The notes under the pieces: model-generated | The model's database searches: none | What the model was told of the DNA's origin: nothing | The model's input: the letters and a program-made list of their open reading frames with translations, nothing else | In this document: positions 19,059 to 27,462 of the stretch, one piece after another | Numbering within the stretch: position 1 is the stretch's first letter | Layout of the letters: each line of letters starts with the position of its first letter | Program-made: the position numbers and the translations under genes | Assembly (NCBI GenBank): GCA_964396025.1 | Contig: CAYNBT010000002.1 | Span: 37,030-101,029 of the forward strand | Length of the DNA stretch: 64,000 nt | Direction of reading: 5' to 3' | Source of the DNA: an uncultured Candidatus Saccharibacteria bacterium | Lineage (GTDB): Bacteria > Patescibacteriota > WWE3 > UBA101185 > UBA10185

Positions 19059-19721
19059 ATGCAAATAGAAAGCTATAAAAAAGAGGATATTATAAAACTT
19101 ATTGAAGACGCCAAGCATATCGCTGTGGTGCCTTCAAAGATTGCCGGTACTGAGACATTTATTGCAGGTGTAGGGCTTTATCACATGTTAAAAGCGCTGA
19201 ATAAACAAGTGAAACTGCTTTATATCGGAAAAACTCCTGAAGAAGCTAAAAACCTGATTAACCACGACGAGGTGATTACAAATCACTCAAAGAGGGATTT
19301 AGTTATCACCGTGGATTACTCCGGAACGCATGCCGGTAATGTTCATTGGAAAAATAATCATGATGTTTTGGAATTTAGATTAGGGCCTATTCCCAGAGAT
19401 TTTGATACTTCCAAGGTCAAAGTAAAATTGGCAAGTTATGGTTTTGATTTAATATTTGTCTTGGGTAATCAATATCTGCCTGATTTGGGTTTAGTCTACT
19501 CCAACATAGAAGACGAGTTTAGATCTGCCAATATTGTGAATATCGATAACACCAAACGCAACACCCGCTTTGGTGTGGTGAACGTAATAGACGAGTCATG
19601 CGATACCTTAAGTTTATTGGTCTATAAGTATGCTGGTGAGTGGGGACTTTTACCAAACACAAAATCCGCACAGGCACTTTTGACCGGTATGACTGTAAAA
19701 GAAGACAAAATGGTGGCTTAG
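19059..19721 (+). CDS. DHH/NrnA-like phosphoesterase fold with degenerate catalytic motifs
   Basis: Layout (LIEDAKHIAVV, GLYHMLKALNKQV, DLIFVLG, IVNIDN, AQALLTGM) and position between infB and rpsO; DxD and DHH motifs absent. Confidence 0.6.
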   Translation: MQIESYKKEDIIKLIEDAKHIAVVPSKIAGTETFIAGVGLYHMLKALNKQVKLLYIGKTPEEAKNLINHDEVITNHSKRDLVITVDYSGTHAGNVHWKNNHDVLEFRLGPIPRDFDTSKVKVKLASYGFDLIFVLGNQYLPDLGLVYSNIEDEFRSANIVNIDNTKRNTRFGVVNVIDESCDTLSLLVYKYAGEWGLLPNTKSAQALLTGMTVKEDKMVA

Positions 19722-19793
19722 TTCAGGAGGGCTAATGAGTACATAAGTGAGGGTTGCCTTTTAACAAATTTACTGGTAAAATTCTGTACGGAA

Positions 19794-20063
19794 ATGGCGA
19801 TGCAAAAGGAAAAAAAGCAAAAAATAATAAAAGACTACAGGGTGCACGAAGGTGACACCGGCTCCCCTGAAGTTCAAATAGCTCTCCTAAGTGAGAAAAT
19901 TTCTCTTCTGACAGAACACCTTAAAGGCCACAAAAAGGATAATCACTCAAGAAGAGGATTACTTCAGATGGTAGGTAAGAGAAGAAGGTTATTAACCTAT
20001 CTGAAGAGAAAGAGTGAAGAAAGATACTCCGGTCTCATTGAAAAGCTCGATCTCTCCAAGTAA
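19794..20063 (+). CDS. rpsO: 30S ribosomal protein S15
   Basis: [34 protein letters not shown]. Confidence 0.99.
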   Translation: MAMQKEKKQKIIKDYRVHEGDTGSPEVQIALLSEKISLLTEHLKGHKKDNHSRRGLLQMVGKRRRLLTYLKRKSEERYSGLIEKLDLSK

Positions 20064-20097
20064 TATCAATAGAGTAGTTTATTTAGTAAAAAATTTT

Positions 20098-20191
20098 GGT
20101 TGGCGTGGTTTGGTTAGGAATTGGAATAATGTACACTTAGGATTCCTAAGCGTGTGTCATTACACTTCTTAATCTCGAATTACTCCCAACC
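20098..20191 (+). promoter_or_regulatory. Long imperfect stem-loop in the rpsO-pnp intergenic region (pnp leader)
   Basis: Nested pairings ggttgg/ccaacc, gtggttt/gaattac, ggttaggaa/ttcttaatc, taatg/catta, tacac/gtgtg, cttagg/cctaag. Confidence 0.65.
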
Positions 20192-20205
20192 GTAGTAAGA
20201 AAAAA

Positions 20206-22413
20206 ATGAATAAAAAAGTAAAAAAAGAAATAATGTTTGCTGGTAGAAAGTTAGTACTTGAAACCGGCACAATGGCGTTGTCTGCAAACATGTCTATAAA
20301 GGCAAGTTATGGCGACACTGTTATGTTAGTTACGGCAGTTGCTGGAGGGCTCACCCCAGATATAGATTTTTTCCCTTTAATGGTGAACTATACAGAAAAG
20401 CTTTTTGCGAGTGGAACAATCAAATCTTCAAGATTTGTAAAAAGAGACGGTAGAAACACAGATGAAGCTATTATCACCCAGAGATTAGCTGACCATGCTA
20501 TACGCCCGCTTTTTCCTGCAGACTTTAGAAATGAGGTACAGGTGACGGGTTCCGTATTGTCTTTAGACGATGATGCCGATCCAGAAGTATTGTTTATGAA
20601 CGCAGTCTCTGCTTGTTTACATGCTTCCGATATTCCTTGGGGAGGTCCTGCTGTTTCTGCGCGGGTTGGATACATTAATGGAAACTACGTGTTGAATCCT
20701 TCTAGAAAGCAGTTACTTGAGGAATCAGAACTTGACTTAACTGTATCTTTTGCCGGTGACGACAAGAGGTTTTTGGCTGTGGAAGCTGAAATTGACATAT
20801 TACCTCAAGAAAAAGTTCTTGGCGCAATAGAATTTGCCAGGAACAACCTCGATGAACTTTTGAAATTTATCAAAGACTTTGCTGAAGAATTAAACCCAGG
20901 ACTTGCAAAACTTGAATATGATTCTTGTGCATTACCTGCAGATATGGTCAAAGATATAAATGAGTTTGCCAAAGCAAAAATGACCGCACTTATGAAAAAA
21001 GGCTTGGCAAAATCAGAGTTAAAAGTAGAACTTGGCGAAATGCTAGAAGAGATTCAAGCAAAGTTTGAAGGCAAATATAAAAAGACTGCTATGGCAGAGG
21101 CCTTTGCTGAGGTAGAAAAGCTTACGCTCCGAAACCTCATTCTTGATGAGAATTACAGAACCGATGGTCGTGGTATCAAAGACATTAGAAACTTGAGCTG
21201 CGAAATTGGTGTGTTACCTAGAACCCATGGAAGTGGCATGTTCACTCGTGGGGAAACACAGGTTTTAACAGTTGCCACACTTGGTTCTCCTTCCATGGCA
21301 TTGATTGTTCAAGATATGTATGGGGAAGGTACAAAGAGCTATATGCACTTTTACAATTCTCCTCCATATGCAGGTGGTGAAGTAGGAAAAATGGGTGGTT
21401 ATCCAAAAAACAGGGAAATCGGACACGGTATGTTGGCTGAGAAAGCCTTGAGGCCGGTATTGCCTTCCCAAAAGGAGTTCCCATACACCGTACTTTTGTC
21501 TTCAGAAGTACTTTCCTCAAGCGGCTCCACTTCTATGGCTGCAACTTGTGGTTCTACCTTGGCTTTGATGGATGCAGGCGTGCCTATAAAAGACATGGTT
21601 GGTGGAATTAGCGTAGGGTTGATTGTTAACGACGATATGACCCAGCATAAAATCTTGACTGATATTGCTTATATGGAAGACGCCTTTGGCTTTTTGGATT
21701 TCAAGATGACTGGAACAAAAAAGGGTGTAACTGCTATCCAATGTGATATGAAAGCAAAAGGAATTCCTATGGACTGGTTAGCAAAAATATTTGACGCCTC
21801 AACAGAAGCACGACTCAAGGTTTTAGCAACAATGGAAGCCTTAATCAGCAAACCAAAAGAAGAAGTTAGTCAGTTTGCTCCAAAAATGGTTACAACTATG
21901 ATAGAGCCTGATCAAATCGGAATGGTAATTGGCGCTGGAGGTAAAACCATCAAGCAAATCCAAGAAACCACTGGGGCAGAAATGACCATTGAACAAGATG
22001 GTATGGTTATTGCATCTTCTATTGATATAGAAAAGGCAAAAGCAGCTATTGAGTATGTTCAGAATATGTTTAGAGAAATTGAACCGGGGGAAGAGTTTGA
22101 AGGTAGAGTTGAAGAAATCGTAGATTTTGGTGCGTTTGTTGAGATACTTCCAGGTAAAACCGGTCTGCTGCATGTTAGCGAAATTGCTCACGAGTATGTT
22201 GCTCAAGTATCGGACTTCCTCAAAGAAGGTGACATTGTAAAGGTTAAAGTGCTTGATGTAGACCGAAGATCGGGCAAGATAAGTTTATCTAAAAAAGCTC
22301 TAGAACAAGCACCAGAAGGATCCGACGCACCGAGGGATAATGGACGCGGTCGTGATAGAGACTTTAGAGACAGAGGCGGTCGTCCGCAAAAAAGATTCGG
22401 TGGGCGAAAATAG
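20206..22413 (+). CDS. pnp: Polyribonucleotide nucleotidyltransferase
   Basis: DFFPLMVNY, RTHGSGMFTRGETQ, REIGHG, DFKMTGT; KH and S1 domains. Confidence 0.98.
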   Translation: MNKKVKKEIMFAGRKLVLETGTMALSANMSIKASYGDTVMLVTAVAGGLTPDIDFFPLMVNYTEKLFASGTIKSSRFVKRDGRNTDEAIITQRLADHAIRPLFPADFRNEVQVTGSVLSLDDDADPEVLFMNAVSACLHASDIPWGGPAVSARVGYINGNYVLNPSRKQLLEESELDLTVSFAGDDKRFLAVEAEIDILPQEKVLGAIEFARNNLDELLKFIKDFAEELNPGLAKLEYDSCALPADMVKDINEFAKAKMTALMKKGLAKSELKVELGEMLEEIQAKFEGKYKKTAMAEAFAEVEKLTLRNLILDENYRTDGRGIKDIRNLSCEIGVLPRTHGSGMFTRGETQVLTVATLGSPSMALIVQDMYGEGTKSYMHFYNSPPYAGGEVGKMGGYPKNREIGHGMLAEKALRPVLPSQKEFPYTVLLSSEVLSSSGSTSMAATCGSTLALMDAGVPIKDMVGGISVGLIVNDDMTQHKILTDIAYMEDAFGFLDFKMTGTKKGVTAIQCDMKAKGIPMDWLAKIFDASTEARLKVLATMEALISKPKEEVSQFAPKMVTTMIEPDQIGMVIGAGGKTIKQIQETTGAEMTIEQDGMVIASSIDIEKAKAAIEYVQNMFREIEPGEEFEGRVEEIVDFGAFVEILPGKTGLLHVSEIAHEYVAQVSDFLKEGDIVKVKVLDVDRRSGKISLSKKALEQAPEGSDAPRDNGRGRDRDFRDRGGRPQKRFGGRK

Positions 22414-22429
22414 TGCTAAAATGAATTAG

Positions 22430-23422
22430 ATGCTCAAACGTACTTGCCCAAACTGTCTTGAAACATTGACCGATTTTGATAACTTCTTTTGTACCTATTG
22501 TGGTAAAAAGATTTCACCAGATCTGGTTTTGTCTCCGCCTGCTCTCAAGGTCAAAACTTACAAACTAAGTTATGTGACTTTGGGAAGTAGGATAAGGAAT
22601 ATGTTTCGTGCAAGGCGTAGTTCACGTGGTGCTGAGTCGAATTCACCCGCTTTCAAAGTTTTACCAAAAGACCAATTCGTTCACACTCGCATGACTTATG
22701 TTCTGTTCTATATTCTACTAGCGTTTGTGGTTGGTTTTGTCGGCATCTATGTCAAAACCAATTTCCTAGATTCATACAAAGAGAAAAAGACCCAAGAATC
22801 TCAGAAAGTTTTTGCTAACACTGTAGACTTGGGGCTTGATTTTGAATCTAATGTTTTTGGCTCCGACTTTATTACAGACTATATTCCTCAGCAAGCAATC
22901 TTTTATATGGAATCTCACGATTCACATGCCTTTGTTAGAGATTTGGTGGATGTGACCAACTTTAATCCAATCTTACTCAAAGGGACTTCAGAACTAGTTC
23001 ACAAACATTTTGTTGTCTTTGCCTATGAACTTAATAATCAAACCGAGTGGGGCTTTGTGTTTATACCAAAGGACGTAGAGGTCGTGAAGGCCCTTACAAA
23101 GGAATATAATTTACCAAAATGGCATTTCGCTGTGATCGAAGATAATCTCGTCGTTGCATCCTCTCCCGAGATTTTTGATATTATAAAGAACGCCAAGGCG
23201 AACTCTATTCCCAACGTTTCGCTAAATGCAAATTATTCCAAGAGTATAGGCAATGTGCAGCGAAGCGGCCAGATTTTGGTAATATTGCTTTCGAGGGAAA
23301 AAGCGCTAGAGGTCTTAAAGCGACTAGGTAGTGTAAACTTGCATCCATTTATGCAAAAGCAGGTTCAATACATTATTGACGCAGGTTTTAGCGAGTTTGT
23401 GGTAGATAACTTGAAAAGATAA
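22430..23422 (+). CDS. Zinc-ribbon membrane protein of unknown function
   Basis: CPNC...FCTYCG N-terminus, one TM, large C-terminal domain. Confidence 0.75.
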   Translation: MLKRTCPNCLETLTDFDNFFCTYCGKKISPDLVLSPPALKVKTYKLSYVTLGSRIRNMFRARRSSRGAESNSPAFKVLPKDQFVHTRMTYVLFYILLAFVVGFVGIYVKTNFLDSYKEKKTQESQKVFANTVDLGLDFESNVFGSDFITDYIPQQAIFYMESHDSHAFVRDLVDVTNFNPILLKGTSELVHKHFVVFAYELNNQTEWGFVFIPKDVEVVKALTKEYNLPKWHFAVIEDNLVVASSPEIFDIIKNAKANSIPNVSLNANYSKSIGNVQRSGQILVILLSREKALEVLKRLGSVNLHPFMQKQVQYIIDAGFSEFVVDNLKR

Positions 23423-23425
23423 TAA

Positions 23426-24496
23426 ATGACTCAATCAAATAACACACAATTTTTATTTAAAGAATTGGAAGTACTTTCTAAAAAACTGGAAGGTGCTACC
23501 AAGATGCCTGATGACTTGAAAGAACGCGCTGGGCAGATGTTGGAGCGGCTTAATAGGTTGGCTGAAAGTGGTTCCTACAATGCTTCAATAGACACAATGT
23601 CTCGATATATAGAGACTATCACCTCAATTCCATGGGGAGTTACAACAGAAGACAAACTTGATCTAGCTTTGGCAAAAGAGCGTTTGGATGCAAATCATTA
23701 TGGTATGGAGACCGTAAAAGAAAGAATCATGGAATACTTGGCCACGGTGATATTACTTAAGCAGCGTGGGCAGGATGCTATTGCCAAGACACCAGTACTT
23801 TTGTTAGTAGGTTTGCAGGGCGTTGGAAAAACAACATTAGCAATCTCATTGGCAGAAGCTCTTGAACGTAAGTTTGTACGTGTGGCAATGGGTGCAATCG
23901 GATCTATTTTGGAAATTCGAGGTAGAAGTAAATCTTATGCCGAAGCAGAGCCGGGGCAGATCGTAAAAGGTTTAGTTAAAGCAGGAGTGATGAATCCGGT
24001 CATCTTACTTGATGAAATTGAGAAGGCAAGCGGTCAAGAAGGAATTCGTTCCGACATCATGGCAACATTACTTGAAATCCTTGATCCAAACCAGAATCAC
24101 GAATTTAGAGATCATTATGTGGATTATCCTGTGGATCTTTCTCAGGTGCTTTTTATTTGTAGTGCAAACAACACTGGTACGTTGTCCGCTGCTCTTATGG
24201 ACAGAATGGAAGTTGTGAAGATGCCTTCCTACACAGATGCTGAAAAAATCGTGATAGCTAGGGACTACGTCTTTCCAAAAGTGATTGAGAAGAGCGGGCT
24301 TAAGGATGAGGAGCTTCAAATTGATCCAAACCTATGGCCGGCTGTAGTGCGCCCGTTTGGTTATGATACTGGTATCAGAAGTCTAACTAGAACTTTAGAA
24401 TCAATTTGCCGAAAGGTAGCAAAGGAGCTTGTTGAAGGTAAGACAAAATCAGTTTATATAACAGCTGATAATCTTAAGTATTACCTCCCGCATTAA
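23426..24496 (+). CDS. Lon-family AAA+ ATPase module with no protease domain
   Basis: PWG, LDANHYGMETVKERIMEYL, GLQGVGKT, EIRG, PVILLDEIEK, LLEILDPNQN..FRDHY, MDRMEV; ends before the Ser-Lys protease domain. Confidence 0.9.
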   Translation: MTQSNNTQFLFKELEVLSKKLEGATKMPDDLKERAGQMLERLNRLAESGSYNASIDTMSRYIETITSIPWGVTTEDKLDLALAKERLDANHYGMETVKERIMEYLATVILLKQRGQDAIAKTPVLLLVGLQGVGKTTLAISLAEALERKFVRVAMGAIGSILEIRGRSKSYAEAEPGQIVKGLVKAGVMNPVILLDEIEKASGQEGIRSDIMATLLEILDPNQNHEFRDHYVDYPVDLSQVLFICSANNTGTLSAALMDRMEVVKMPSYTDAEKIVIARDYVFPKVIEKSGLKDEELQIDPNLWPAVVRPFGYDTGIRSLTRTLESICRKVAKELVEGKTKSVYITADNLKYYLPH

Positions 24497-24499
24497 CTT

Positions 24500-25024
24500 A
24501 TGGAATTTCCAACTACAAGTCAACTAAATGACATTAGAAAGAAGGGGTTTAGACCTGGTGTTGTATCTTGTATAGTGCACAATAAAATGCTTTTGCTTTT
24601 TTACAAAAGAGAGTATGGGGAATGGCAACTTCCTCAGGGCGGTATTGAAAACGGGGAAAGTATTGAAGATGCTGTAAATAGGGAAATGCTTGGTGAATTA
24701 GGAGCCAACTTAACCGCCAGTTTTCTTAAGCCCTATGAGCTCATAGGTGAAGATGAACTTGTATTTCCAAAACAACATCATGGAGTAAAAGAACTTAAGA
24801 CTGATGAAGGAGAAGACATATTAATGCAAGGCAAGAAATATTACTTTTGCGTTATCAACGTGCCCACAGAAGATGTTGCTATCACCGAAACCGAATTCGA
24901 TGACTACTTCTGGCTTCCGTTTGATCAAGCTTTGTACTTGGCTAATCAATCAAAGGCTGTGAATAAGAAGAAACTTGTTGTGAAGGTTATAACACTCTTA
25001 AAGGAGTTGGGATTTATAAATTAA
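24500..25024 (+). CDS. NUDIX hydrolase (RppH-like)
   Basis: FRPGV, WQLPQGGIENGESIEDAVNREMLGELG Nudix box, EFDDYFW. Confidence 0.85.
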   Translation: MEFPTTSQLNDIRKKGFRPGVVSCIVHNKMLLLFYKREYGEWQLPQGGIENGESIEDAVNREMLGELGANLTASFLKPYELIGEDELVFPKQHHGVKELKTDEGEDILMQGKKYYFCVINVPTEDVAITETEFDDYFWLPFDQALYLANQSKAVNKKKLVVKVITLLKELGFIN

Positions 25025-25027
25025 TCC

Positions 25028-25663
25028 ATGGACAAAAAGAATCAACTTGAGCAAATTACTGCAAACATCCGAAATTGTAAAAAATGTAGATTATGTGAGA
25101 CCGCAAAAAACGCAGTACCTGGAGAGGGTAATCTGGATGCTGAAATTGTTTTTATTGGAGAGGCCCCCGGAGCCACCGAAGATGAGACAGGGCGCCCTTT
25201 TGTGGGACGCGCCGGGAGGTTATTGGACAAGCTTTTGCAAGATATCAGTTTAACTAGAGCTGATGTGTGGATTGGGAATGTTATTAAGCACCGTCCTCCA
25301 GAAAACCGCGACCCCTTGCCCGACGAAATAACAGCGTGTATGCCTTATCTAACTATGCAATTGGCCTTGATAAAGCCAAAGCTTGTGGTAACTCTTGGAA
25401 GATACGCTATGAACTACTTTCATAAAGATGGAAAGATTTCTAGAGATCATGGGCACGCCATAAGGCAAGCCCAGTATAGTGTATATCCTTTGTATCACCC
25501 CGCGGCTGCTTTAAGGAATCCTAGTGTAGCAAGAGAATTAGTCACAGACTTTAGAAACATTCCAAAGGTTTTAGAGGATTTAAGAAACTCCTCTTACATT
25601 GTTGATTCTGATCCAACAACGCAAGAGTTTATAGATAAAGACCAGTTGGGTTTGGGTATTTAG
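25028..25663 (+). CDS. Uracil-DNA glycosylase, family 4
   Basis: CKKCRLC, GEAPG..ED..GRPFVGRAG, KHRPPENRDP, YHPAAAL. Confidence 0.95.
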   Translation: MDKKNQLEQITANIRNCKKCRLCETAKNAVPGEGNLDAEIVFIGEAPGATEDETGRPFVGRAGRLLDKLLQDISLTRADVWIGNVIKHRPPENRDPLPDEITACMPYLTMQLALIKPKLVVTLGRYAMNYFHKDGKISRDHGHAIRQAQYSVYPLYHPAAALRNPSVARELVTDFRNIPKVLEDLRNSSYIVDSDPTTQEFIDKDQLGLGI

Positions 25664-25689
25664 GAAAAGAATGTTAAATTTAATGCGTT

Positions 25690-27396
25690 ATGAAATTTAT
25701 TACAGATAAGTTTATGTCGTTGGCACCTCAGCCACAACTGAAGATTATAAAACTAGGGAGTGATGTTGGCGCTACCAAAAACATGACTGTTTATGAGTGC
25801 GGCGACGATATCATTATTGTTGATTGCGGTATTGGATTCCCCGATTCTGATTTACCCGGTGTGGATGTGGTTATTCCCGATATTACCTATCTCTTGGAAA
25901 GAAAAGATCGCATAAGAGGCTTATTCGTTTCGCATGGTCATGAAGATCATTTTGGAGCAATACCTTACCTGATTGATCAACTCATGAACGTCACAATCTA
26001 TGCCAATGACCTGGTACAAGGATTTCTAAAGCTCCGTTTAGAGGATCGTGGCATCACCGAGGGAGTTAGTTTTGTACTGCTTAAAGCAGGTATGGAAGAT
26101 ATAAACTTAGGTAACTTCAAAATTTCTACCTTTAGAGTAAATCACTCTGTTCCTAATTCTTTAGGTTTCGCTATCAAAACGCCGCAAGGTGTGGTTTTGC
26201 ATATTGCCGATTATAAAATCGATTGGTCGCCGGTGCTTGATGAACCTATTGAACTAGATAAAATTGCAGAATATGGGGACAATGGTGTTTTATGTTTGCT
26301 TTCTGATTGTTTGGGCGTAACGCATGAGGGTTATTCCAAGTCAGAGCAAACCTTGGCTCCCACTCTTGATCTTTTGTTTGAAAAAGCAACGGGGAAGCAG
26401 ATATTTATAACTACGATTTCTTCTAACATTTCCAGAATGCATCAAGTCATTAGTTCTGCCATAAAAGTTGGGCGCAAAGTGGTTTATGTTGGTAGATCTA
26501 TTAAACAAAGTGCCGAAGTTGCAAAAGGTTTGGGATATCTTCCGTTTTCTGATGATGTGATTGTAGATTTGAGACACATAGATAATTATGATCCAAGCTC
26601 CTTGGTTGTAATCATAGCTGGTTGTTATGGTCAACAAGGATCTGCATTACATAGGCTTAGCCAAGGTGAGCATAAGCAATTCTCTTTAAATCAAGGCGAT
26701 TACGTGATATTTTCCGCAGATCCTGGTCCACCAAGCTCTTATGAACCTGTTGAAGCTGTTTTGCATTATCTTACTGTTGCAGGTGCTGAGGTGATTTATA
26801 GTCAAATTCAAGAGAACTTGCATGTCTCTGGTCACGGTATGCGCGGTGACTTACAAACCGTTTCTGCACTTACCAAGGCCAAATACTATATTCCTATTGG
26901 TGGAACAGCGGCTAAGATGCGTGCTTATGCACACATGGTAGAGGAGTTTGGTGTTAAGAGAGAAAATGTTTACGAACTGTTGGAAGGTGAAACTGTAATC
27001 TTCGAAGATGGGAATGCACGAATGGGAGAAAAAGTAGAAGTTGAGCAGATTTACATTGATAGTGGAGGCATGGATAAGGTCGGTACGGTTGTGATCAAAG
27101 ACCGCGAGCGTCTTTCTGATGACGGGGTTTTTGTAGTAGTTGTGCCAATCAACAAAGAAAAAAATCAAATTATGGGTGGTACTGAGGTCATAACACGCGG
27201 ATTCATTTATGTTAAAGAAAATAAATCATTGGTAGGAAGATCTAAAGATGTTGTGAACAAACTTTTGGACAAGCACAAAGGTGAAGATATCGACTGGGGC
27301 GTGATAAGGCCAAAGGTGGAGAAAGAGATAGAAAAGTTCTTGCAAAAAGAAACAGGCAGAAAGCCGCTGGTGATTGTCTCATCAATTCATGTTTAG
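25690..27396 (+). CDS. rnj: Ribonuclease J
   Basis: KNMTVYE, HGHEDHFG, VNHSVP, HVSGH, IKDRERLSDDG, ITRGFIY. Confidence 0.96.
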   Translation: MKFITDKFMSLAPQPQLKIIKLGSDVGATKNMTVYECGDDIIIVDCGIGFPDSDLPGVDVVIPDITYLLERKDRIRGLFVSHGHEDHFGAIPYLIDQLMNVTIYANDLVQGFLKLRLEDRGITEGVSFVLLKAGMEDINLGNFKISTFRVNHSVPNSLGFAIKTPQGVVLHIADYKIDWSPVLDEPIELDKIAEYGDNGVLCLLSDCLGVTHEGYSKSEQTLAPTLDLLFEKATGKQIFITTISSNISRMHQVISSAIKVGRKVVYVGRSIKQSAEVAKGLGYLPFSDDVIVDLRHIDNYDPSSLVVIIAGCYGQQGSALHRLSQGEHKQFSLNQGDYVIFSADPGPPSSYEPVEAVLHYLTVAGAEVIYSQIQENLHVSGHGMRGDLQTVSALTKAKYYIPIGGTAAKMRAYAHMVEEFGVKRENVYELLEGETVIFEDGNARMGEKVEVEQIYIDSGGMDKVGTVVIKDRERLSDDGVFVVVVPINKEKNQIMGGTEVITRGFIYVKENKSLVGRSKDVVNKLLDKHKGEDIDWGVIRPKVEKEIEKFLQKETGRKPLVIVSSIHV

Positions 27397-27462
27397 CTGC
27401 GGTAGCTTCGAAACAAAGTCTCGTGCAGGAAAACAGTACTAATATTTGTTATCATATCTTCA

